A DNA stretch of 64,000 nucleotides from positions 240,064,001 to 240,128,000 of the forward strand of contig OZ024743.1 of NCBI GenBank assembly GCA_964016885.1, given 5' to 3'. The notes beneath the pieces were generated by a model. The model saw only the letters and a list, made by a program, of their open reading frames with translations, was not told the DNA's origin and searched no databases. Origin of the DNA: Eledone cirrhosa. Its lineage: Eukaryota. The position numbers and the translations under genes are program-made. How positions within the stretch are numbered: position 1 is the first letter of the stretch; each line of letters starts with the position of its first letter. Shown here piece by piece: positions 13,290-25,900 of this stretch.

Positions 13290-13325
<36 letters not shown>
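10903..13325. repeat. Cluster of compound (TA)n/(CA)n/(TG)n microsatellites
   Basis: Directly visible. Similar runs occur at about 17935-18095, 18720-18832, 20138-20460, 21690-21838, 26985-27240, 32595-32698, 34110-34217, 36357-36603, 39305-39369 and 41660-41760. Confidence 0.95.
12953..12999 (-). ncRNA. Minimal type I hammerhead ribozyme (CCGAUGA core variant)
   Basis: Minus strand: TGCT CCGATGA a TCCAAAC gaaa GTTTGGA a GAAA CAATTG TC AGCA. Stems I and II pair, stem III is palindromic, GUC site. Confidence 0.8.
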
Positions 13326-13333
<8 letters not shown>

Positions 13334-13409
13334 CTCTCTTCCCGATTGACCACTTTTTTCCTTTTTCCTTTTCACACCTATGGACATTGCTACATATACA
13401 TATACATAA

Positions 13410-14166
13410 GGACAAGTCTAACTTAATAGCATCACCTGAGGAACTCTTTGAAATCAAGATTTGGACACCATGGCGCACTCAAGTAGAGAGTTAATGTTTA
13501 CGGACAAATATCTGGGTGAAGTAAGTTTATCCGGGATTTCTTGGAGGAATTTGTTCAGACATTCTGAACCTTACGATGTCTGTTTCTGTATTAATGAATT
13601 TTGATGAAATGTTAAAGAGAGTGGGACCAATTTAGTTGACATGATTGTGCCTTAATGTTATGAGATGCGAGTTTGAGTGTTTTGTGGGCGGATAGCACAG
13701 GGTTCAAGGCTTAGGTTGCCAAAATCATTTGGGCAATGATGATGGAATATTTTGCTATGGCGGGGTCGGCCAAAAGTAGAGAAGATATCTCTTGACTAGA
13801 AAGTTCTGAGAATACAGGAACACATTCTGCGACCCATGTCAACTTTGTTGTTTTTATGTGTGGCCCAGCTTATGTTGTTGTCCACAATTACTCCCAAGTC
13901 TCTGATTTTGTTGGATGCCATGACAGTTTCACCTGAAGGAAGGGAATATAGGAGTTTCAGGGCATCCTCTTTTCCAAAGTGGATTAATTTAAATTTATCA
14001 ATTAGAATCAGTAGAATATTGTTCTTTTCCGCCCATTGGATAACAGCAGGTAGATCTGATTGAAAGGATGTCCGGTCACCCATTCCAGTGATGATCTTCT
14101 GGAGCTTGGAATCATTTGCAAAGATTCTTGTGTTGCTGTGCTTGATGGCGTCAGTAACGTCATTTA
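13410..14166 (-). mobile_element. CR1/L2-group LINE 3' fragment, decayed
   Basis: Minus strand INDVTDAIKHSNTRIFANDSKL (FADD-like), QSDL..VIQWAEKN, IRDLGVIVDNNISW..H, C-terminal LNKFLQEIPD...NSLL. Cut at 14166 by a Helitron 5' end. Confidence 0.75.
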
Positions 14167-14847
14167 TCTATACTATAATAAAGTAAGGAGGGTGGGACTG
14201 CGCACGGTTTATTTCTTTTAATCCGGTTAGTAAAATAAGTTGTATTACTTTGAATAAATAATGAATGAATATCACATAATGTATGTACTAAATTTTGATT
14301 AAATTTAACATAAATAATTGTATTGCTTATTTAAAATTGACTTCTTTACAAAGTTTCAAATTTCTACACTTCCGGTATATCATCGCCACCACCATCACTT
14401 CAACTACCATGTACATAGAAAGAGAGAGTGTGCGTGAGAGAGATACAGATAGATAGTGATTATGATTTTCAATACGCTCACGCGAATGTGTGTGTATGTG
14501 CACTTACATACATCTATATGTATAAGTATGTATCTATTATGAGTATATAACTATAATCGAGCAAACGGACATACATTCACTCAAATACACATACTTTCAC
14601 ACAAACACACACATACATTCACACATATACATTTACACGAACACACATTCATACATATACATTTACACAAACACACACATACAGTCATGATAGCAGCGTT
14701 CGATGAATTGGAAATGGGCGTGTAAAATGAAATACAACTTTTATTTATCTATTGACAACACAGTTTAACCCTTTTTCTAAAAAATTCATTTGTATAAAAA
14801 TTTAATTTAATGCTTACAGAACGAAAACACTAATAAATATAATATAC
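14167..14847 (+). mobile_element. Helitron-like non-autonomous element (5' end clear, 3' end unclear)
   Basis: A|TCTATACTATAATAAAG starts exactly where the LINE RT fragment stops. Confidence 0.5.
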
Positions 14848-16278
14848 AAGCTGTTCCGTCCGGCTGGCGTCCGGCTAGGTATACCGGCATTTTATCTTTT
14901 CAGGAATCCCCCTACACTCCAGTGCAAATGTACCGCACGCCCTCTCAAGTCAGCGAGAGCAGGGTGTGTGTGTGTGTGGGGGGGGGGGGTTAACGTGCTC
15001 TGATGTGGGACTTGAATAGTTTTTAGGATTCCCCAGTTCAGCAACCAGTACATTAAAGAAAATTGATAGTTACAACAATAAAGAACACATTTTTTAACAA
15101 ACAATAATTTGTACAACCATAATGGAAATTCCAAGTAACAGAAAATATTTAAATTACATTGTTAGAGCCTCAGAGTATACAATATTTTTTGTTCGGCCCT
15201 CCGGAGCAAAGATGAAGAGATTGTTTGGCGAGCTCACCCTAGAGCATCCTACATACAATTGACCATGGAGAATCACTGAATTTGTAACTCGTCTTGCGGA
15301 GAAGCGCTGTAGACGTTGAACTCTGGACACTCCTGTCAGGAGCAAGTAAGCTGTAGTGACTTAGAGGCTTACCACCAATCTCCAGGACACTGTTTTCAAG
15401 ACAAATGAGCGCCTCATTGAAAACAACATCGTGTGTTACGTTTGGATTGTGTTTGCGTGGGCGGTGGAGGATGTCCCCAGCTAGACTTTCACGGTGGTTG
15501 GTCCACAGTGCGAGAGGGTCGGCGAGATCGCAGTGTGCAGCATAATAGCAAAAGGTTTTAGCAGCTGAGAAGGGACTTTAGCAGTTGCTGCTTCTTGCAG
15601 GGTGAGGTGCCAATGGCTGTCATCGTGTAACATACCGCGCATCTGGCAAGCCAAATGGTAAGTGGAACATTGATGGCCATTGATGGTTCTCAGATCTTGG
15701 ACAGACTGTGGTCCTCTAACCTCGAACAGTAACAATGACGATAAGCCGTCTGTGCTTTCGTAAAATAAATAGGTTTTTGTTTTTGTGTATGCAAAAATAT
15801 CTTTACACGAATATATATATTAAAATAACATATTAAAGTTTAAGCAAAGAATTGTTGCTTTCACCCTTAACGGGATCTTATGAAACTAAAAAACCCGCCA
15901 GTGAACGCAGAAGTAAATATTTAGAAAAACGTTATCTAATGCAGACATCAGACTTACAGAGACATATTATAAGGGCGCTACGTTATAGCTATGTATCTAT
16001 CTAACAAAGACAGACTAAGAAAAAGAGGGGAATGTTGTGCGACGTCATAAGAAAAAGTGAGGAATGACGTATAACTGGAAGTGTTAACATTTGAAATTTT
16101 AAGGAAGTGACTATTTAAATAATGTCTTTAATCTTTTAACAAAATTCAGTAGACAAAAATACCCTCACTTTTTTACTTGGAAAAAGTTACATCTATGGTG
16201 CAAATTTGGTGCTGTTTGGTCCAGCCGTTTGGCGGAAAGTTTGTTATCTACATACGGCCGTCAGCTTTATAGTATAGA
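14848..16278 (-). mobile_element. Internally deleted Helitron with RepHel fragments
   Basis: Minus 5' end A|TCTATACTATAAAGCTG at 16278. VRGPQSVQDLRTING...TYHLACQMRGMLHDD.HW (15481-15735) and the Pif1 C-terminus HGQLYVGCSRV...TKNIVYSEAL (15154-15270). GC-rich putative 3' end at about 14848-14890. Confidence 0.8.
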
Positions 16279-16279
16279 T

Positions 16280-16885
16280 ACAAAGGAAAGAAAAAGGGAA
16301 AAAAAAGAAAGAGAGAAAAATACACAAGCACGTAATAAACACATCTTAGGCCACATAGAACAAGATGTAGGCGAAAGAGTGGAAAAACGAACCGCTACCA
16401 GATCAAAAGATATAGCAAGGAGCACTGGGGAACCCCTCTAATAAATTTTGAGGCAAGCCAACACGCTCGCAATGTTACCTAGGGTGATGGCTGAAGTGCT
16501 GGAACAACAAAGTGCCCTCACGAGCATCACCAGTTCCCTTTGTTTGGCGAGCCGCTACTGAAGATAAGGACCTTGCTGTCAGTAGCCCGACTCCCTCAAA
16601 CGTCTCGAACACCACAGACTGGATAATGTAGTTAACTGACAGAACATGGTATTTTAGGATTTTGTTCCGTTCAGCTACGGATGCTGTAGCTCTCGCCCTT
16701 ACCGCTGCACCCAGGATGTGGGAAGAAGCAAAAGAGTCACTAACTGTGACGTCCGAGGTAAGGCACCTACCTCTTGACTAGAAGCACAGAGTAAGACCGT
16801 CAAGTCTTTTCCCATCAATTCAAGACAACCCAGACGGTTCCAAAATTGAGGGGATGTTTGCCCGGGCCAAAGCTCTTCAGTGGTA
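16280..16885 (-). mobile_element. CRE-clade RLE retrotransposon 3' fragment (not in the ORF track)
   Basis: Manual minus-strand translation: NIPSILEPSGLS*IDGKRLDGLTLCF*SRGRCLTSDVTVSDSFASSHILGAAVRARATASVAERNKILKY...VVFETFEGVG, matching the EP.GL...DGKRPDG.T...D.TV.D...AE..K..KY...ET.G pattern. Confidence 0.75.
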
Positions 16886-17059
16886 ATAGGACAGTGTGTG
16901 TATGTGCGCGCGCGTGAGTTTGTCGGCGTTCTTAAAATAGAGACGTGTGTGTGTCACTGTTTTTAAGTTAGAGACATACATGTGTGTATCCCTTCCTTTT
17001 ACACACACATACATTCACACAAACACACATACACATTGCGTGATGGACGGGTGGACAGA

Positions 17060-17720
17060 AGTCCCTCAAATTTATATACATGTGAATGGAGTTCTACTGA
17101 AGCAGTTAGAGAAGTTCAAGTATCTTGGAGCCGTGTTCATGAGTGATGGAATGCAGGAGGCTGAATTAAGTGCAAGAATTGCAAAAGCTGATGCAGTAAA
17201 GCGCCAGCCTCAGCAATCAAATGAAGAGGGGTAGGTGTAAAAGCCAAACTCGCTGTCTTCCTGGTATTCCTGCCAACTATTACCGAGGATCATGAATCTT
17301 GAGTAATGACCAAAAGAATACAATTGCAAATAAAAGCGGCAGAAATAGGATTCCTCCGAAGGGTCTTTGGAGTAACGTTACTCGATAAGGTGCATAGCTC
17401 AGAGACCAGAGAGTCACTCCTGGTAGAGCTGCTACTTCTCCGGATTGAGAGATCACAACTCCGTTATTATGAGCATGTGGTTAGAATGTCCAAGTAAAGA
17501 ATCACTGGACACATTTTACAGGCAAAACCAACCGTCGAGAAACCCAGAGGTAGGCCCTGAGCAAGATAGTTGGATAACATCCATGAGCTTGGCTGGTCAC
17601 ACTTTGGGATCCAGCTGGATCAGTTTGAGATGTTTGTCACTGACAGACTCGCTGGAAGGAGTGTTTGAGAAGGACTCTGTCCACACGACCTTCTCAGAAA
17701 TAAGTGGGTGAAGAAGAAGA
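17060..17720 (+). mobile_element. 5'-truncated decayed RTE-type LINE
   Basis: LKQLEKFKYLG...ELSARIAKA; AAEIGFLRRVFGVTLLDKV; QLRYYEHVVRM; (GAA)n tail at about 17710-17720. Confidence 0.8.
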
Positions 17721-17972
17721 TATTGTCAATTTACTTTTCAATTTACATATATATATATGCATATATATTTGCGTATAATACCAATATGCACACTTCATAT
17801 GCTAGCAGAAAACCACCCGCGGGCGGTTTTTCGGCTAGTATAGATAATGAAAAGAAGTGCGCCCACCACAGTACGTTGTAGAACGCCACCACTGACTTTT
17901 ACAGGGTTTGAATGTACTCCTTTGACTTAAACGTATATATATATACATATACACACATATATATATATATAT

Positions 17973-18098
<126 letters not shown>

Positions 18099-18151
18099 GG
18101 AAAAAATGAAACGAAATTTCATTTCCCACTCTTAGTACGGCTGTTACTTAA

Positions 18152-18833
<682 letters not shown>

Positions 18834-18847
18834 AATAGAGAGAGAAG

Positions 18848-19232
18848 GGAAGATGAAGTTGGAAACAGCACGGGAGACACGTTTAAGGGTCCGTCTCTTC
18901 TTTTTGATTTGTCAAAGAGATACCACCGTCTGTTTCGTTTGGTTGTTGACAACAAAGTAAGAGAAACAGTACATTGCAGTTGGTACAAGGTGTCCTTTAA
19001 CCATCAATTTTGTAGAGGGGTTCACGTATGCGCAATGACCTAATTATAGATGGCCAAGTGCGGGATTTACAAAATTGACGTTTAAAGGACACCTTGTACC
19101 AACTGCAATGTACTGTTTCTCTTACTTTGTTGGCAACAACCAGACAAAACAGACGGTGGTGTCGCTTTGACGAATCAAAAAGGAGAGACGGACCCTGAAA
19201 CGTGTCTCCCTTGCTGTTTCCTACTTCATCTT
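18848..19232. repeat. Fold-back element with ~165-bp inverted arms and ~53-bp spacer
   Basis: 18848-19014 is the reverse complement of 19068-19232 with moderate divergence. Confidence 0.9.
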
Positions 19233-19309
19233 TTCTCTATACCCACTGTTTTGTATAGAACCTCACTTCTCTTTTCTAATATATATATATATTTATATAT
19301 ATATATATA

Positions 19310-20137
19310 TAGTAGAATAATCGAGTATCGAAAAATCGGCGCACGAGTTCACGATAAACAAAATTCGAAATGAGCGGCAGAGGGCTCAATAATTCAGATA
19401 AATCAGAGCTATAACTATCGTTAAAATACCGCCACACATAGAACATGTCTAAAATCAACCACACGACCGAAAAATTACGATCTGGAAGATTCGGGTCACT
19501 CAGATAAAATATCAATAAATCAATAAATCAAATGAATGTAAAAAGCTTACCCGGACCCGCTAGAAAGATGGTAAATCTAGCTTCTTGGGTTTCTGTAAAT
19601 CCTTAAACCGCCCTCTATCAGCCCACATAAAAATATATAATACTTCTAGAAAGCAGCGGACCGGAATTACTTTCTCAACGAGCTTTTGTCCGAACGAATA
19701 AAAAGGCACAGCCCAAGTTGAAAAAACGCACATGGAATTCAGCAAGGGAGATAACCTCTATATCCGCAAAAAATATTCGGGAAATGTGGAAATTCACATA
19801 TCGAATAAGAGTGCTCAATAGACATGTTAAAATAAACAGGAGCTATTCATCATTTAATAGAATCGACAAAAAATGAACAATAAAATTAACTGGTCAATAG
19901 CTAAGTCTAGAGCTAAATATAGTAGAATAATCGAGTATCGAAAAATCGGCGCACGAGTTCACGATAAACAAAATTCGAAATGAGCGGCAGAGGGCTCAAT
20001 AATTCAGATAAATCAGAGCTATAACTATCGTTAAAATACCGACACACATAGAACATGTCTAAAATCAACCATACGACCGAAAAATTACGATCTGGAAGAT
20101 TCGGGACACTCAGATAAAATATCAATAAATCAATAAA
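19310..20137. mobile_element. Non-coding element with ~217-bp terminal direct repeats (610-bp period), flanked by (TA)n
   Basis: AGTAGAATAATCGAGTATCG...CAATAAATCAATAAAT at 19311 and 19921, near-identical. Confidence 0.75.
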
Positions 20138-20163
20138 TATATATATATATGTACACACACGCA

Positions 20164-20246
<83 letters not shown>

Positions 20247-20314
20247 ATATATATATATATGTGTGTGTGTATATATATATATATATCTACGCACACGCAC
20301 ACACACACACACAC

Positions 20315-20360
<46 letters not shown>

Positions 20361-20363
20361 TTA

Positions 20364-20457
<94 letters not shown>

Positions 20458-20960
20458 TTTGCCGCCAGAAACCGGCGATTCATTTCGGATTTAGCTGTTG
20501 AAATGACAAGAACTCAGCCGTCAGGATCCCGACTCCTTCATATTATATTCTTTTATATATATACATATATACATATATCTAAATATACATATATATAGGT
20601 AAAATCGATAAATGTTTTTTTTTAAGCCAGTACAACGCAGTAGAGAAATACGAAAGGTAGATGATGACAAATGAAACAAAACAAGGAGAAATAACGCTTT
20701 ACCTAGAACAAGCGAGCCATCAGGGTGTTCATTATTGTTTTCCCTACTGGTCTATGTGTTTGCATGCACCTGTGTAGGATTACTACAGTAACCATTCTGC
20801 CTCGTGCACTTGTGACCTATTATTTATCTCTTGTTTTATTCCGCTGGTGAAAATGGCTTCTTTAAACCTTAACTTTCCCATATTCCTTTCAGTCGCCTCT
20901 ATGTTGACCTCAAAGTCTTGGTTGCGGCATTAGATATGTTTTGAAGGAAGAGGGCGAGGC

Positions 20961-21350
20961 TTAGAAATACGAAATGTCAATACATATCTGTATACAGCTA
21001 TGCCTGAAGCAGATTCCTTAATTCTATTCTATTTTAAGTTGAGCCAACTTATGCAGCTTCATATGCAAATAAGATTAATCACCTCATTTACTCAAACGAG
21101 AAAATCATATATTCCGCCTGTTTTCAAGTCCCGCAGTCGCAAGAGTGGGAGGGATCGTCCTGATGAGTACCAGTTAAGTTCGAAATACATCGACGATTGT
21201 TCTCCTTGTTTCTGCAGGACTCGGTGTTTTGCATAGCTACAGCTTTCTAAATGTTTATCCATAAACATACCGTATTTCTTTAGAAATACGAAATTTCATT
21301 ACATATCTGTATACAGCTATGCATGAAGCTAATTCGTAATTCTATTATAT
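20961..21350 (+). mobile_element. Retrozyme-like partial tandem (319-bp period) containing a hammerhead
   Basis: TTAGAAATACGAAAT...TACATATCTGTATACAGCTATGC.TGAAGC at 20961 and 21280, with a hammerhead between them. Confidence 0.6.
21154..21197 (+). ncRNA. Minimal type I hammerhead ribozyme
   Basis: ATCGTC CTGATGA GTAC cagttaa GTTC GAAA TACA TC GACGAT. 6-bp stem I, intact core, AUC site, one stem II mismatch. Confidence 0.75.
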
Positions 21351-21716
21351 ATATATATATATATATATATTAAAATAAAATTAATAAATATTTGCCCTAG
21401 GGTTCTTATATATTTGATATATATTTATCCTTATCGAGCCATCTTTGGATTTTAGTCTTCACTATTACTATATATATAAATATATATATATATATGTATG
21501 TATAATGATAGAACCAGTTTAGTTAGACCATTAGTAAACAGAGTTTTCGTTACTTGGGATAGTAGGGTATAGCTATATTATAAAGAAGCCGGATCCTCCG
21601 GCTAAGTTTTTGGCGTTTCAACAGTTAGTTCTGGATTCAGCTGTTGAAACGGCAAGGGCACAGTCGTCGGGTCCGATTCTTTATAATATATATTCATATA
21701 TATATATATATATATA

Positions 21717-21827
<111 letters not shown>

Positions 21828-22051
21828 TATATATATATAGTAGGCTCTTGTCATAATACCACCCCGCTCCTAACTGATTAACCTCGGTGTCACGTGATTG
21901 ATTCTTTAGAATCTGCCACTGACCAGAGGCAGTGAAATTTTTTCAGTGCTCCGGAATTTAGTCCACGCTAGCTTCATTCCATCTACTGAATTATTATTTT
22001 TATATGGGTTCCTAGTGTCCGCGCATTACCTGGGAACTTAGCTGAGAATAG

Positions 22052-22137
22052 ACTCCCTGATGACGTAATGAATTCTCTATAGTTATATATATTATGTAAC
22101 TATATTTATCCCATTACAGAAACTAATTAGTTGGAGT
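22052..22137 (+). ncRNA. Type I hammerhead ribozyme with extended stem II
   Basis: ACTCC CTGATGA c GTAATG...(ATAGTTA...TAACTAT)...CATTAC a GAAA CTAATTAG TT GGAGT. Palindromic stem III, GUU site. Confidence 0.8.
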
Positions 22138-22260
22138 GAAAATTTTAGTAAGTAAGTTGATTTTTAATTTTTTAAATTTTCCTATTTTACGTCTTTCATG
22201 TATGTATATATATATATATATATTATGTATGTATATATATATGTATGTATATATGTATAT

Positions 22261-22866
22261 GTCGGGTCCCCAGTTGGTGCTACTGGTAACATGTATCCCA
22301 GTACAACCTGTCCCATGGTCGGGTCGTTGGCGACTAAACTGGCAACCCCACCAAGGTTTCTTGGTGAGGAGGGTGACTTTGGACATCCTGCAGGACTAAA
22401 AACAAAACCTGTCAAAGGGCAAAGGACCTCTTAAGAGTCAATGGCCATCCAAAATCACCGGGAGAGATGACCACGTAGCCTTTGTCAAGGCAGAATTCTA
22501 GGAGAAGGAAAACTCTGATATAACACCTGCAACCCTGATGGTATCCAATGATGTTGACTTGTTCTTCTTTTTGGTAAATATCATCTTGGTTAAGAGAGTG
22601 GGACTGGCTTTGTGCAGTGCCTTTGCTCACTATAAAAGCTTCACGGCACAGGCATTGCTTTATATCTGGAGATCTCTCTGCACTTGTCGTCACATGGTGC
22701 CATGGGCCCAGCACTATGTGTCAATAATTGTCACAGGTGTAGTGTTTGTACCAGAGTTTTCAAGTCGCTGGCTGGACTAAAAAGTCACACTTGTTTAGCG
22801 CATCGGTAGGGGTTCTCCTACATGGATGTAAGGTAGTGGCCGTACTCGAAAACGAGTTGGCAGCCA

Positions 22867-22868
<2 letters not shown>
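22261..22868 (+). mobile_element. Bipartite non-autonomous RTE derivative (copy A)
   Basis: 22261-22691 matches the 5' end (26982-26557) and 22692-22868 matches the 3' end (23135-22959) of the adjacent RTE. Confidence 0.9.
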
Positions 22869-22937
<69 letters not shown>

Positions 22938-22958
22938 CACACACACATATATATATAT

Positions 22959-25900
22959 GGTGGCTGCCAACTCGTTTTCGAGTACGGCCACTACTTTATA
23001 TCCATGTAGGAGAACCCCTACCGATGCTCTGAACGAGTGTGGCTTTTTAGTCCAGCCAGCGACTTGGAAACTCTGGTACAAACACTACACTTGTGACAAT
23101 TATTGACACCTAGTGCTGGGCCCATGGCACCATGTTACCCAAGGTGTCGTGTGAGATCACTACTCGACCTGCATACCCTTCCATAAACATCACATGTCGT
23201 CGTCTGATGAACACTTATAGCTCCACAGGTACCTGCTTCCCTGTTCTTGTGCACTCTCAGGTGACTCTTTAGACCTGCCATGTTCAGACAAACCCTATTA
23301 CAGGTCTCACATGTCAGGTCAGGCCGTCTGTCAGTGCCTTCGGGATGGCCAACATGGATTCCTTTCCGGACATCTCTTTTTAGTGTCGCGTGCCTTCTTC
23401 TTGTTTCTTCAAATATACTCTTGCCACTAGCCACTGCTATCCTCCAATGCGATCGGTCGCTAGCGCATGCTTCCCAGTGCTCACAAGCGATGTTACTTTT
23501 CTTGAGCGCCCTCTTGATGCAGTCCTTAAAACGCATCTTGTGTTTGCTCGCGTTCCTTTTTTCCAATTGGAGCTCGCGATAAAGCAGCTGCTTCGGCATT
23601 GGCTTGTCATTCATCCTTACAAGATGGCCTGTTCAGCGCAGCTGATGTTTCAAAATCAAGGACTCAATACAATCACAGCCACTTCTGTCCAGAACCTCGA
23701 CGTCACTGACAAACATTTGCCAAGTTATGCCGAGGATCCGACGTAAGCAGTACTGGTGGAACCTCTCAAGTCGCTTCATCTGTCTACGGTAGACCACCCA
23801 CGTCTGACGAGCATAGAGAAGTGCCGCGAGCACACACGCATGATACACTTTGAGCTTTGTCTTTACCGAAATTCCGTGTTGAGACCAGAGACGCTTGTTC
23901 AGTTTTCCAAAAGCATCACTGGCTTTCTGTATCCTGTTTGATATTTCCCCATCAAGATCGTAGGACATACTCAGAGTGCTTCCAAGATATACAAAACTGC
24001 CAACGACCCTTAGCCGTTCACCATAAACCAAGATGTTGGGCTCACAACATGGCTTCCCAGGGGCTGGTTGGTACATGGCTACTGTCTTTTTCAGGCTTAT
24101 GATAGAACCCAATGCAGTACACGCATTAGAAAATGCATCCATGAGATGCTGCATATCAATCTCAGTGTGCGCTACCAGGTCACAGTCATCTGCAAAAAGC
24201 AAATCCCTTATTAGTGACAAGTGAACCTTTGACTTAGCATTGAACATCCTGATATTAAACAGCTTTCCAGTTGATCAATAGCGAACATATATACCATGAT
24301 TGCAGTTCCCGAAGGCCTGTTCGAAGACAATGGAGAAGTACAAAGCAAAGAGCGTTGGAGCTGGAATGTCACCCTGTTTGACTCCATTCTCGACTGTCAT
24401 CGGATCAGAGAGCTTTCCACCAACATTTACCCATGCCTTCATGTCATCATGGAACAAACGCAAAATGGAAACAAGCTTCTCAGAGCACCCCAGCTTCCTC
24501 AAGATATCCCATAAAGCCTTTCTATTGACCGTGTCAAACGCCTTTGTCAGATCAACAAACACCTGGTAGAGATCCACATTCTGCTCAACACACTTTTCCT
24601 GCTGTTGTCTGGCTGTAAAGATCATGTCCATAGTGCCACGCCCAGCCCGAAAGCCCGATTGCGACTCTGGTAGAGCTTCATCAGGAATGTGGAGCAATAG
24701 ACATTCCAACAGAATTCTACAGAGAACTTTGCCAACAACAGACAACAGTGATATCCCGCGATAGTTTCCGCAGTCATCCCTATCTCCCTTTCCCTTGTAC
24801 AAAACAACATTCACAGCATCCTTCCAGTCATCAGGAATATGATTGTTGTTCCAGGCATCCAGAACCAATACAGCCCATCCAATCCAGGCGACGTCCCACT
24901 ATTGAGTTTCCAGACAGCACTTTTAACCTCCTCGATCGTTGGAGGCTCAGCAAGGATTTCCTTTACTGGCTTATCAGGTATGGATCTGATAAACTCTTCG
25001 TCAACCTCTGAATCCCTATTGAGAAGCTCATCAAAGTGTTCCCGCCATCTCAACAGGATATCATTGGGATCTCTAAGGAGCTGATTGCCATCCTTTGTCC
25101 TAAGAGGCGCACCTTGTGATATAGGTGGTCCATACACTTCACGAAGAAGATTATACATTGCCTTAACGTCCTTCACATCCGACGCAAGTTGTATTTCATC
25201 GGCTTTGTCATTCCACCACTTATTCTTCATTTCACGCAATTTTCGTTGCACATCAGCTTTTACGAGCTTCAGCTTATCAGCGATTGCCTTCTGTCGATCG
25301 GTGCTTAAATCACTACCAAGCAATGCGGAATGGAGCATATATTTCTCCTCCAAAAGCTTGTCTATAAGCTTGTCATTTTGGACAAACCAATCCTGATGCT
25401 TCTTATCTGTGAATCCAACAACATCAGCACATGCCCCATAAACTGCCTCCTTAAAAGAAGTCCAGTCATTTCCGCACTCTAACGCATCCATCTTTTTAAC
25501 CAGATTTTCTCTGACTTCAGGATCCTTCAGACGGGCAACGTTCAGCCGTTTCGGAAGTGATACCCCTCGCCGTTTCTCCCTTTTACGAACTACACATCTT
25601 GCTCTTGCTCTCACCAGACGATGGTCGGTCCAACACTCTGCCCGTCGCATCACACGAACACTGCACAGATCCTGTACATCCTGCCGCCTCACAAGGACAT
25701 AATCAATCAGGTGCCATTGTTTCGATCCAGGATGCATCCATGTTGTCTTGTATTTGTCCTTCTGTTGGAACATAGTGCTGCCAATGAACAGGTCCAGCTC
25801 AGTGCACATTTGCAATAACAAGAGTCCATTGCCATTGCACTTTCCGATCCCATGCTTTCCCAGAGCTCTCCAGGTCTCACAATTACGGCCCACGCGAGCA

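Noticed and set aside
13430-13465. CTGAGGA...GAAA hammerhead-like string
   Set aside because: No stems. It lies within the antisense of a LINE 3' UTR.
10695-13494. [12 protein letters not shown] ORFs here and throughout the window
   Set aside because: Translations of dinucleotide microsatellites.
19160-19212. Hammerhead-like TTGACGA...GAAACGTGTC
   Set aside because: No stem I or stem II pairing.
21105-21153. Twister-like words (TTCCGCC...CAAG...GTGGGAG) upstream of the hammerhead
   Set aside because: P4 and the pseudoknots could not be assigned consistently.
22261-22345. HDV-like ribozyme at the RTE 5' end (CCAGT...ACC/GGT...CTAAACTGG)
   Set aside because: P2, P3 and P4-like pieces are visible, but I could not place a P1 helix. 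It needs a descriptor search.
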